DNA of 64,000 bases from Octopus sinensis (taxonomy: Eukaryota): positions 4,836,001 to 4,900,000 of the forward strand of contig NC_042997.1 in the NCBI RefSeq assembly GCF_006345805.1, given 5' to 3'. Of the stretch, positions 25,805 through 38,639 are shown one piece after another; position 1 is the first letter of the stretch; each line of letters starts with the position of its first letter. The translations under genes were made by a program, and so were the position numbers. The notes beneath the pieces were generated by a model that saw nothing but the letters and a program-made list of their open reading frames with translations, was not told where the DNA came from and searched no databases.

Positions 25805-27599
25805 AATTATATATACAAATTATTTAATTATTATACTGTGAATATGTAATATGACATGCCTTTTTGCATTTTTCAAGAGCCCCATTACACATGCTACTAA
25901 TCACATGACGAATATTCTCTTCAGGAAATTCCTGCCAATTTTATGCAGTTATCTCAAAGAATCTGGCTTTCAGGATACTTTCTTATAGTTTTTACGAAAT
26001 GTCATGTCCATTATTCTCCAGAGGTGTTCAATAGGTTTCATATCTGGTATCTGGCTACGCCACGGAAGCTTTTTAATATTATTCTCTTGCAACCAATCTT
26101 GAGTCTTTTTAGCCGTGTGACAAGGAACTCGATCTTCCATAAATAAAGAGTTTTCTTAAATCATTGTAACGAGTATTTTCTGCAATATCTACAACATATT
26201 TATATGTGTTTATGTTATCCTAATATTTCAGCTGCTTTAATCGACCATTAGTCCCAAGCTTATCAGAGCCTAACTGCCGTGTGTTATTGTAGGCCGCAAT
26301 TCTTGACGTCACATTTTTGAATATAGAGGCTTCAAGCCCACACTTGACTACTATCAGAAAAAGCAGCAAATCTGGACTCAACAGAGGATATTATAGTGTC
26401 ACAAAATGTTACTGGCTTCTCGATTATCTCACTGGCTCAATCTTTTCTCCGCTTCATCTTGGCTGGCCGAGGAAATGGCTCATTACTTACTGCGTTGCCA
26501 TAGTAGCTAAGATTGTAAAGATACCTGGGAGCTGTTCTGGGACTGACATCAACTTGATCTTCTCTGCAAGAGGCCTTGCAACGAGGATTATCCTATACAA
26601 TTAACAAAACAAAGAGTACTGTCAGATTGCCTCGGTTGACCTGGTCGCGGTGATGTGGACTTCTAACCTTTATGAATTGCACAATTACTGTATTGACTGT
26701 AGAAAGCAGGATACCAAGGGTTTCTGAAATTTTATGCTGGATCCACTATCAGAATGACAGTCCAAGGGCTTCTTTTATACGTGACATGATTAAAGAGTCA
26801 GGTATGGAATGTGAAACATAGAAATGTAAATTTATAAAACATATAAATTTTAAAACATAAACCTCTTCAAATTAAAATAAACATAATCTGTGTGTTATGA
26901 GGTATCTATCTGCTACTGCCATGTCTATATACACACATACACACACACACACTCGCCCACGCTCACATACTCACATATACACAAATACCACTTACTAGTG
27001 CAATTTTAGGACATTACATTTTGAACGTCCATATGATGTTACTTTAGCTTACAAGACACACGCACATTGATCGCTTATTCAGATACGTCAGTCTGCGTCA
27101 CAGATAGTCACATATTCCATTAGAATGCTTTTTAACAACTTTCCTTTAAGCATGCGCCTGCAGTTTTTACATAAAATATTTCTATTTGTTTTTTATTTGA
27201 CATCTAAATAGTGTCAAAACCTGTTACAAACGTATAGAAGCCAATGATTATTCGGTATTAAAATTTGACATGGATATCTACTCTCATCCTATTATGATAT
27301 TTATTTTAATGTGATTACAAGTACAAGGCATTTTCTTTATATATTCAACTACACAATTAATGGCGGTTACACACTGAGATTTTAAAAGTTCTGTAATCAA
27401 AAAAAAAAAAACAACAACCTAATAATTTAGCACACATCTATATACAGCATATTTTTTGAACAAATATTAAATATTTAGATTAATGTATATGTTCTGAAAC
27501 TGTGACATCTAAAAATATTTTGAAATTTCTATTTATTTACAGTACGTTAGTGTAGCATTTATAAATTCTGCAAAACATAAGTTAATGATAATAAGGGAT

Positions 27600-28010
27600 A
27601 TATTTTATTCCTTAAATATGGAATGAACATCAGAGGAAACCGCTCTTATTCTTGGACGATCACATATTGATGACGTCACTACCCAGGAATTAGAAACTGT
27701 CATTTTGGAGGATGGCAGCATAGCATTTCGGTAACTATTCGAAGACGTGTTGATATATGTAGAGTCCGTGCAAAAAATCGTTGACGAATATTTGCACATA
27801 TGAAAGTTGTGTGCACGATGGATTCCCCGGATGTTCACATTCTTTTCAGAAGCAGGAGCGATTCAATTCCTCCCAGGCTCTGTTGGCAAAATGCCAAGAC
27901 GACAAGTAGGACTTTATCAGACACTGTGAAACATAGGTTCATTACATTGATACTGAGAATAAAGTCCATTCGAAGCAATGGAATCATGATAACTCACAAC
28001 CTCCAACCCC
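27600..28010 (+). mobile_element. mariner transposase remnant (HTH to first catalytic D region)
   Basis: Frameshifted KIVDEYLH..KLCARWIPRM (WVPREL-like motif) followed by FQKQER and HY.D.E.K..SKQW-like segments. Confidence 0.68.
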
Positions 28011-28461
28011 AAACATATAGATTTGCAAGAAAGAAAGAAAAGAAAAGACAAAGGATGAAATAATAATAGCGATATTTGGCAGAGGGGTAAGGATAGTAAA
28101 AAGGAAGTAAATTAACGTAGAGGAAAAAAAGGAATAATGGAAAGGAATAGAACGTAAAAAAGAAAAAAAAAGAGCAATTGATAGGGCGCAAATGGGAAGT
28201 TAACTGATGTACCTGTGAACATTGTTGTAACAAAACTGTTGGAAAAGAGTATTGATAATGAGAGATGTAGAGAGAGCGGGTGTAAAGAATAATATGAAAT
28301 ATGTACCGAAGAGAAGATAAAGACGTCTCTACATAAATATCAAGGTAAATATATATATATATATATATATATAGTATAAGGGTGAAAAGGAACACACGAG
28401 TTGATATATATGAAAAAACAAGTAAAAAATAGAAAATGCTAAAATAATTTTATAGTGAACA

Positions 28462-28504
28462 TTTCAGTACCGGTTTCGGTCATTTTGAGACCTTTTCAAC
28501 TGTA
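28462..28504 (-). ncRNA. U3-A8 minimal hammerhead ribozyme (locus 2 left arm)
   Basis: Identical to the reverse complement of 2711-2753. Confidence 0.75.
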
Positions 28505-31500
28505 ACGATTAAATAATTAAATTTAGAAAAATTAGAAGAAAAGTTTTTTTAAAAGAATATTTCTATAGTAGTGTTCAGATTTAAGTGGCATTCTGCCTTT
28601 CTCTGACTCCCTTGTTTGCACTTGTGTGTTCGAGGTAGTTGTGAGCTCTTGTGGTAAGTAGTAGAGAGAAGGCTGGTGAGGAAAGGGGGGTGGGAGAATC
28701 TGGGAGTGCCCTGATGGTCGTATTTTGAATGGTCAGTGGCGGCTGGCAGTCTCAGTTCAATTCAGGAGAATATTTATATTGACAGGCTTCTTTATAGAAT
28801 TAGCGTAGGTGTTATAAAAAAAACATTAGTGACAAACTTAAGGGGTAGGGGTGGGAGGAAGAAGAAGAAGAAGAAGAAGAAGAAGAAGAAGAAGAAGGAG
28901 AAGGAGAAGATGACGATGATGATGGTGATGGTGGTGATGATTATGACGACGATTGATGATGATAACGATGATGATGAAGAAGAAGAAGAAGAAGAAGGAG
29001 GAGAAAGAGAGAAGATGGTGGTGATGATGGTGGCGATGATGATGATGCCGATGATGATGATAACGATGATGATGAAGAAGAAGAGGAAGAAGAAGAAGAA
29101 GAAAAAACAGAGAAGGGAGAATATGAATGTAAATATAGCTATGAAGGGGCTGATTAGTAATGGATTCTATTGAGTGTAGTATTTGTGTGTGTATATATAT
29201 TTTTTTCTTTTATTCTAAAGTTGAGGTATATTAATTGTTTGTCGTAGACCCGTTAAGAAGTGGCTTGTATTTTGTAATAAAGAGATTTTCTTTACTTATT
29301 CGTTGTCTCGAGGTTGTATCGTCCCTAAATTGGTAGAGGGGGAAAATTCTGAAGTTTGGTGTTTTTTTGTTGGCGCAAGTATCTATGTGTTGGCTAAAAG
29401 CTATTTTTCTGTTTGGGGAATTTTTATCTCGGGATCTGTGCAGGGCCATTCGTTTACGCAAACCATTTTCTGTTTGGCCTATGTACTGCTCTTGACACCC
29501 GGAGCAGGTTAGTGAGTATATTAGGTTCTCCGAAGCACATGTGAAGTGCTTTTCACTGTAAAGCGTTGTCCCTGTTTGAAGGAGAACTCAGAACCCTCGA
29601 TTAGATAGTCGCATATCCCGCAATTGGGTCTTCCACATTTTTTTACTGTCGGCTTCTGTGTTGAAGAGTGAATTCGGGCTTGTGTAAGGAGACTTTTCAT
29701 GGATCTAGGCTGTCTTTTGCTTTTTATGATCGTGTGTGTTTGGAGGATTGTGTTCATTCTGTGGTCTTTTTTTAGGAGGGGTATGTTGTGGAGGATGGTG
29801 TCGAAGGCTTCGTTATTGAGAGGGTTGTGTGTGGAGATGTATGGTAAGGCTTTTGGTTGTAAGTTTTTCTTTGATTTGGGATGTCTCAGTTCCTTGATGT
29901 TAAGTTGAAGGGCACGTTGAATGCATTTGTCATAAGTGAAGGTGGATAGTTCCTGGTGATTAGGGTATCTTTTAGTTCTTGTAGTCGTGTGTCTCTGGTG
30001 TTTGCGTTAGAGACTATAGTGCATATCCTTTTTGCTAGATTGAAGGGGATATTCATCCTGGTGTGTCTGGGGTGGCATGAATTGAATGGAAGATATTGCT
30101 TAGAGTCTGTAGGCTTATAGTATATGTCTGTTTCTATTATATTATTAGCTTTCTTAATGAGGATATCGAGGAAGGGGAGTTGTTGTTGGCTATTTTCCAT
30201 CGTGAATTGGATGTTTACGTCCAGTCCGTTTAAAATTTTCTGGAATTCTATGAGTTTTTCTATATTTTTATGCCAAAGGATGAAACAGTCATCTAGATAT
30301 CTCTTCCAGTGTTGTTTTCTATGTAGATGGAGAAAGGGCTGCCATATCTTTCTAGAACCTTACGATACAGACTGATCTCTAGGTATCCTATGACTAGGTT
30401 GGCAAAGGAGGGGGCCATTCGTGTACCCATCGCAGTCCCCGATTTTTGTCGTAGAAGTTGTCATTGAAGGCGAAGAAGTTATTTTCCAGGATGAATTTAA
30501 ACCCCTTCTATCACAAAAAATTTTTTGATGCGGTGTGTAGTTCGTTGGCGTGATTCTCTAGCCAGAATTGGATTGCCTCTAGTCCTAGGTTGTGGGGATA
30601 TTGGAGTAGAGGTTGACTACATCGAAGGATACCAGTATGGTGTTTTGTTTATAGTATTCGGTAGGTGATTGAGCATATCTAAGTCGTCCCTTATATAGCT
30701 TTTGACATGTTTGAGGAGTGGTTTTAACAGGGTGTCTAAAAAGTTACTGAGGCGGGGGGTTTCGCATGCGGGACCTGCTATTATGGGTCTCAATTTGAGG
30801 TCATAAGGATTAGGGACTTTAATTATTTTGTCTGTAGCTATCTTGCATGCGTTGCTTATTTTTTCACTTGTGTGGATCTTAGGTATACCGTAGAATTGGC
30901 TAGTTTTACTTGTGAAATTGGTCATATAATCATATTCTTTGTCGGTTAGCCCTGCTTTGTATGGGTTTAATATGGATTTTAGTTCCCTCATTATTTTTTG
31001 TTGACTGTAGTTTTGTGCCTTTTCATAGTATGTTGTGTCTTCCAGCATAGAAAGTACCAAAGTTATGTAAAATGTCGTATCCATTAAGACAACAGCACTC
31101 CCTTTATCGGCCTCTTTGATTGTTATTGTTATCTAGTTTTAATTTTGTTCAACTCAGCCCATTCTTTTTTGCTGAAGTTGGTTTGTGTTTTTGTTTGTGC
31201 ATATGTTGATATGGGGGTAATTTGATATGTGGTCACAGAAATCATCAAGTGTTTTATTCTTACCTTTCGAGGGGTGTGTAGTTACTCCTATTTCTGGCTA
31301 ACGATTCGTCCTCGTTGTATTTATCGTATAGCTCCTCAGTAAGTTCTTAATTTTCTGCAGAATTCTGCGATGTCTTCTTCATTTCATTGTAGTTGGGGGT
31401 GTTGTGGGGTGGGTTGTAAACTTGAGTCCTTTGGAAAGTATGTTTATTTGGTTTGCTGTTAGTTCCTTGTGAGTTAGATTAATAATTTTTATTACTTTTG

Positions 31501-33279
31501 GTTCCTCCTGCTTGTTTGGTGCTATCTTGTGTCTCTGTGTTTGCGTATTGGGTCTAAAAAATGAATGCGGTGGTTGGGACGGTAGCTAGTATATAGTTGT
31601 TCTTTGTTGATTAGGGGTCTCCTTCCTCGATATCCTCATTAAGAAAGCTAATAATATAATAGAAACAGACATATACTATAAGCCTACAGACTCTAAGCAA
31701 TATCTTCATTCAATTCATGCCACCCCAGACACACCAGGATGAATATCCCTTCAATCTAGCAAAAAGGATATGCACTATAGTCTCTAACGCAAACACCAGA
31801 GACACACGACTACAAGAACTAAAAAGATACCCTAATCACCAGGAACTATCCACCTTCACTTATTGACAAATGCATTCAACGTGCCCTTCAACTTAACATC
31901 AAGGAACTGAGACACCAAATCAAAGAAAAACTTACAACCAAAAGCCTTACCATACATCTCCACACACAACCCTCTCAATAACGAAGCCTTCGACACCATC
32001 CTCCACAACATACCCCTCCTAAAAAAGACCACAGAATGAACACAATCCTCCAACACACACGTCATAAAAGCAAAAGACAGCCTAGATCCATGAAAAGTCT
32101 CCTTACACAAGCCCGAATTCACTCTTCAACACAGAAGCCGACAGTAAAAAAATGTGGAAGACCCAATTGCGGGATATGCGACTATCTAATCGAGGGTTCT
32201 GAGTTCTCCTTCAAACAGGGACAACGCTTTACAGTGAAAAGCAACTTCACATGTGCTTCGGAGAACCTAATATACTCACTAACCTGCTCCGGGTGTCAAG
32301 AGCAGTACATAGGCCAAACAGAAAATGGTTTGGCGTAAACGAATGGCCCTGCACAGATCCGAGATAAAAATTCCCCAAAACAGAAAAATAGCTTTTAGCC
32401 AACACATAGATACTTGCGCCAACAAAAAAACACAAACTTCAGAATTTTCCCCCTCTACCAATTTAGGAGGACGATACAACCTCGAGACAACGAATAAGTA
32501 AAGAAAATCTCTTTATTACAAAATACAAGCCACTTCTTAACGGGTCTACGACAAACAATAATATACCTCAACTTTAGAATAAAAGAAAAAAATATATATA
32601 CACACACAAATACTACACTCAATAGAATCCATTACTAATCAGCCCCTTATAGCTATATTTACATTCATATTCTCCCTTCTCTGTTTTTTTCTTCTTCTTC
32701 TTCTTCCTCATTCTTCATCATCATCGTTATCATCATCATCGGCATCATCATCATCGCCACCATCATCACCACCATCTTCTCCTTCTCCTCCTTCTTCTCT
32801 TCTTCTTCTTCATCATCATCGTTATCATCATCATCGTCGTCATAATCATCACCACCATCACCATCATCGTCATCTTCTCCTTCCTTCCTTCCTCCTTCTC
32901 TTCTTCTTCTTCTTTTCTTCTTCTTCTTCTTCTCCCCCCCTACCCCTTAAGTTTGTCACTAGTTTTTTAGTATAACACCTACGCTAATTCTATAAAGAAG
33001 CCTGTCATATAAATCTTCTCCTGAATTGAACTGAGACTGCCAGCCGCCACTGACCATTCAAAATACGACCATCAGGGCACTCCCAGATTCTCCCACCCCC
33101 CTTTCCTCACCAGCCTTCTCTCTACTACCCTACCAAGAGCTCACAACTACCTCGAACACACAAGTGCAAACAAGGAGTCAGAGAAAGGCAGAATGCCACT
33201 TAAATCTGAACACTACTATAGAAATATTCTTTTAAAAAAACTTTTCTTCTAATTTTTCTAAATTTAATTATTTAATCGT

Positions 33280-33322
33280 TACAGTTGAAAAGGTCTCAAA
33301 ATGACCGAAACCGGTACTGAAA
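33280..33322 (+). ncRNA. U3-A8 minimal hammerhead ribozyme (locus 2 right arm)
   Basis: Identical to 2711-2753. Confidence 0.75.
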
Positions 33323-33473
33323 TGTTCACTATAAAATTATTTTAGCATTTTCTATTTTTTACTTGTTTTTTCATATATATATATATCTATATATATATAA
33401 TATTTATATTCATATATACGTATATTAATATATGCATATATACATATATATATACATATATATATATAATATA

Positions 33474-33583
<110 letters not shown>

Positions 33584-33623
33584 GTATATATATATTGTGT
33601 GTGTGTGTTGTCTATAATATACC

Positions 33624-34091
33624 GTTGTCTTTGGGGATGGTCATGTTACCAGTTTAGGCAATGAAAACGCACCCACTATATATTTGTTGTTCACTTGCTT
33701 CAGCAGTATTTCATATTTATTTTATATTAATTGTATTTCGGTCACAGTTTTTTCGTCTCACATCGGTGACCTCATCAATGGTCTTTTGCTTTCTTCTCTC
33801 TTCTTTCAAAAATAAAAAAGAAAGCAGAGTACAACTGATAAGGGCGCAGAAGTGTGACGAAAGAAATCCTTTATGACGACGCTCCATTTCTCAATGCGCA
33901 TGTTGCCAAGAGGAAGGCACTCTCCTGTGGCTATAAATGCTTTCCTCATCCTCCTTACTCTCCCGACCTCGAACCATCTGACTTCCACTTCTTTCCAAGT
34001 ATGAAATAAAGCTGAAGCAAGTAAACAACAAATATATAGTGCATGTGATTTCATTGGCTAAACTGGCAACATGACCATCCCCAAATACAAC
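33624..34091. mobile_element. inverted-repeat element (~92-bp arms) enclosing a mariner transposase fragment
   Basis: Arms at 33624-33715 and 34000-34091 are reverse complements with scattered mismatches. The interior + strand encodes HPPYSPDLEPSDFHFFPSMK (mariner YSPDL motif). Confidence 0.75.
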
Positions 34092-34169
34092 ACATCGATT
34101 TCAACAAAGAATTCACATCAGAATCTTGCAAAGCGAATATATAAACGCAATATATAATATATATATATA

Positions 34170-34226
<57 letters not shown>

Positions 34227-34244
34227 TGTATATATATAAAATGC

Positions 34245-34351
<107 letters not shown>

Positions 34352-34474
34352 ATATATAATATATAGGTTCAGCAAAAATTCATATTTAAATGTATATGGT
34401 TCTTATTGAGACATCGAAATTTAGTACGGTATTATCCATACAATATCAAAATAATGTGATTAGAATCGAAATAA

Positions 34475-35370
34475 GCAACAAGGATATCCAGAGGTAATGT
34501 AGCACGATCGTTTCACACAAGTCTATTTTATTGAACAATGCAACAATTAAATTTATTTAAGTGCAGAGCAATCCTCAGCTGTACAAAAGAAATTATTAAA
34601 TCAAAACAGATGGACATATTGAAATCATTTTGCCTAAAATCTCCAAGACGTTAAAGAGAAAGACAAAGGACATTGTTGCACTTCCTTCCACTTAGAAGCT
34701 TCTAAGTTATCAGGAAGAAAGTCTTGTCGCAGATTTTGTTTGTCACTTTTATATGGGGTCAGTTTTAATTTATAGAATACTTTTATCAAATCCTTGTATT
34801 TCTAAGGACGGATTGTTGGGATAGGGCTGCGGGAGACGACAGAAATCATAGTGGGCATTATCATAAAAAATCAAGATTTATTTGAAGCAACATCATGGGA
34901 TTTGGTAAAGGAAAACTTAAATCAAGATGTTAGCTGACAATTAAGGGGGGTGGTCACTAGCAGACCATTGATAATGAAATATACCTGATTATTTTATTTC
35001 TTTGGTATTTTATAATAGCATTTATTTATTTATATAGAACTAGTCTATAAATTAAAATTTACCCCATATAAAAGTGATGAGCAAAATCTGTCTTGAGAAT
35101 ATAAGTCTTTCTCCCTGATATCTGATAATTTAGTAGCTTCTAAGTGGATGGAAGGGCAACAATGGTGTTTGTCTATATCCTTAACTTCTTGGAGATTTTA
35201 GGTAAAATTATATTAATGTGACCATCTGTTTTAATTTAATTAAATTTTATGTCTTTGTGCAGCTGAGGATTGCCCTGCATATAAAATGATTCAATGCTTT
35301 CATTGTTCATTTAAATGGAGTTGCGTGAAACGATCATACTGCATTACCTCTGGATATCCTTGCTGCTTGT
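34475..35370. repeat. old fold-back element, ~310-bp diverged arms with ~260-bp spacer, between (TA)n tracts
   Basis: AAGGATATCCAGAGGTAATG...CCTCAGCTG...CCACTTAGAAGCT...TTTTATATGGGGT is mirrored by ACCCCATATAAAAG...AGCTTCTAAGTGG...CAGCTGAGG...CATTACCTCTGGATATCCTT. Confidence 0.75.
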
Positions 35371-35389
35371 TTTCATATACATAAAATAT

Positions 35390-35435
<46 letters not shown>

Positions 35436-36349
35436 TACATATAGTAGTGAGAGAAAGAGAGGCAGTGAGTGAGTCTTTGTGCGAGTGTGGGGTTAGAGAG
35501 AGAGTGAGATAAAGAGATACACATTTATAGATCGAAAATATCTTCATATATATATATAGACATATATATATTTATATATATATATATATAATATATATAA
35601 TATATATTATGTTGTTAAATAGTCTTTAATTTAACAAACTGTCACAGAATATCTCTCTTTGAGAGAGTTAGGAATAATAATATTAATATTTTTATTTATA
35701 AAATAATATTAATAATGAGATATTTGCAAACAGTGGTCAGGTGCATTACAAAAGATAACTATTAGAAACAGTTTTTGCGAAGTTCAGGAAATACGCAAAT
35801 TCTGAAAGATGTTGTGTCTCGATAGACAACAACTGATTAAGGTAGTTAAGTCAATGCTTCAGCAATCCTGAGCGTGAACAAACGTTTCCAAACATCATGG
35901 GTGGTTTGATATACTATATTCAAAATGGTGCCTATGGTTGTTTTTTGCATGATGGTGAATAATCTTGTGATTGTCTAATATTAGTGTTGTTGATGACGCA
36001 TGTAAAAGCTTACTTTTTCCTCCCTAATTTCATGGTGACGCTTTGTTCCACAGTTGTAGCAAAGTGAGATTTCAGCAAAGATCTATAGCGTAAAAGATCC
36101 GTTTGTTCATTAAGATCTGTTAGATGTTATCTGCATATTTCAATACTATAACATTCTTCAAGATGGCATATATGTCCTTAATATATATGACAAGCAGCAG
36201 GGATCCAAGAACGGATTCCTTGTGATACGCTAGCCGTCATCACATAAGATGATAAATGATACACTTCTACATTTATGAGATTTGGAATTATGTACATTAT
36301 TTATATTATTTACAATTGACGGATTTTTGTCCTCATCTTGTTTGTTGTT

Positions 36350-36394
36350 AACACAACGTTTCGGGTGATGTGCCCTCCAGCCTTCATCAGGTTT
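36350..36394 (-). ncRNA. degenerate minimal hammerhead motif (family E)
   Basis: The - strand reads AAAC-CUGAUGA-A-GGCUG(GAGGGCACAU)CACCC-GAAAC-GUU-GUGUU. There is one mismatch in helix II and helix I is weak. Confidence 0.6.
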
Positions 36395-36479
36395 CATGGG
36401 TAAATTTCGAACTTGGTTCTCATTTCTAAGGTATTTTCCGATGTTGTTGTTGTTATTATTATTATTATTTTTATTATCA

Positions 36480-36525
<46 letters not shown>

Positions 36526-36874
36526 CATCATTGTTGTTGCTCAGGTCACTGCCTGATATCGAACTCGGAATCTTGGGATTAGTAGCAAAAATGTCTTAAC
36601 CACTACGCCATCTTCCCAAGATGAGAACAAATGTCCGTCAATTGTATTATTTCTTTTCACAGGCCTTCCTCAATTAATGCAAAACTAATGCCTGTCAGTG
36701 TGTCTTTCGTGCTTTTGTAAACACGTGCCTTCTGGTGTGATCTAAAGGCCACTGCTTTTTCACGTATTTTTGTGGGGGGTAGTGATAAATGATTTTACCG
36801 TAGGGTTGGGTTTTCTGAGTTTGGTTGTCTGTGCCTGTTGTATGTTTGTTGAGAGTACATCCATACTCTCAACG

Positions 36875-37470
36875 ATGCGCCCTTAAGTATGGTTTCTGAT
36901 TACAAACATCTTGGGTCATACATATCATCATTTGGAAAAGATTTTCTAACTAGAAAGCGTATGGCCTGGTCAGCTTGTAATGACATGTATAAGATCTGGT
37001 CATCAAATCTAAGTAGAGACTTCAAACTTGAAATCTTCAAAGCCACAGTCGAACCAATTCTACTATATGGCTCAGAAACCTGGACGTTATCAAAGTAGCT
37101 TGAGAGGTAGTTGGATGGAACCTACACTCGCCTCCTTATGAGAGCTCAAAATCTCTCGTGGAAGCGTCATCCAACCAAAATCCAAATATATGGGAAACTA
37201 CCACCTGTGTCATCTCTTGTGAAAGGTAGGAGAGTCAAGTTTGCTGGACATTGTTGTAGAGCTGAAAACGAGGCAATTTCTACTCTTCTCCTCTGGAAGC
37301 CATCTACTCGCAATACCAGAGGGCGCATACTCTCCTACCCTGATGAAATCTCCAGGGATACAGGCATCCAGCAACAGGACCTCCGTAATTCTATGATGGA
37401 CCGTGAAGTCTGGCGTGGCATGGTAAATTCCATTGTCTCGACCACAGTAGAACAATGATGATGATGATGT
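36875..37470 (+). mobile_element. RTE-X-like LINE 3' end with (TGA)n tail
   Basis: DYKHLGSYI, AWSACNDMYKIWSS, VEPILLYGSETWTL, LDGTYTRLL, RRVKFAGHC and MMDREVWR, then a stop running into (TGA)n. Confidence 0.85.
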
Positions 37471-38635
37471 TGTATGTTTTGTTACTTGATTGGGGAGGGG
37501 AGTCAGGGACATGTGTCTTTTTCCGCTTATGTGTAACTGTGGTAAACTCCATTTCTTCAGTTGTATCTTTCTTCTTCTCAGCTACATTTTCTTCCTTCTG
37601 TGATGCGTTCTCCGGCTTATCCGTCTTTTTCTTCACCTCATTTGCAGTTTATTGGGGAGGAGCCTCATTCACTTTTTTTTCTTTTTCATGCATTTGGAAC
37701 GAATGTGGCTCTTTTCTCCACACTTGAAGCATCTGGGCCTACTTCCCTCCACGGTCACTTGCAATGATAGCCCTTCCCTGCAAATACTCCATGGGGGGAA
37801 CTTTCCAGGTTCTCATTCTCCGCATGGACTACCATTTCTAATGTCTTGCCTTTCCAGTTTATGGCGTCCTTTTTCATCTGAAAGATGGATACCTCTTCCT
37901 CTACAACGTACATCACAGACATCACCGTAATTTTCGCAGTTTTGCAACCCAAGTATGTGTATAGCAGCATTATCCCCTCGTTCTTTAGTGTCTTTGTTGA
38001 CACATCTTTGGCTACATCAGCCCTTTCAACAGTCAAGCTTTCGACAGTCGCGCTTATCGTTCCACCGCCAACGTAGAATACATTATTCCATATTCTTGGC
38101 AAGCACATCTTCGCCACTTTGTTTTTGTCTTCCGTAATCCACGTTTCCTTCAAGTTGTAGATTTTTTTTTATACAACCGTTCTAGCATTAATTGTTTCTA
38201 CCGTTTCAATAGGCGGCATAAATTTAGTGTCTCCGCCACTATTTTTAATTAAATTCTGGAATAGTTGTACCACTTTTACCTCCAACTCACTAAAGTTACC
38301 GCTCACTGCGGCCGAATAACTTGTCTTTTCCTGTGTCCCTTATTTATTACTTTTTGAACCTTTACTCATCTCAGGAAAATCTTTTGGGGGTTGAATGTTG
38401 AATTCCATCACAAAAACTATTTTTCAAAATCTTTGTCACAAATGACAAATTCACAAAATTATCCCAGTAACGGGTAAAACAAGTTGTTCAATAAGTTTTT
38501 GTTTTCCACATCATAATACAACAGAATTTTCCGCCCAAGAGGGCGAAAATTTCTGTTTCTCAACGTGCAACAGTTCAAATAAAAGGATTTAAAACAGAAA
38601 AATGACGAAAAAAATCACACAGGAACGAACTCATA
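37471..38635 (-). mobile_element. decayed ORF1 (gag-like) and 5' end of an L1/Tx1-like non-LTR element
   Basis: The - strand ORF 37755-38153 runs into a degenerate zinc-knuckle region and a K/E-rich tail. Organisation parallels 39200-39900. Confidence 0.45.
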
Positions 38636-38639
38636 TAAC

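Larger units (their letters stand above)
28380..33380. mobile_element. Penelope-like retroelement locus 2, same family as locus 1: long - arm (28380-31618) joined to inverted + arm (31619-33380)
   Basis: The - arm encodes KIINLT..LSKGLKF, KLRPIIAGP, FDVVNLYSNIP, GTAMGTRMAPSFANL, WKRYLDDCF (RT) and the GIY-YIG domain, with frameshifts. The + arm mirrors about 28390-30178, with CTCC microhomology at the junction and (TA)n flanks. Confidence 0.93.

Noticed and set aside
26317-26800. GC-richer segment with a 95-aa ORF
   Set aside because: No recognisable domain, splice pattern or repeat partner in the window.
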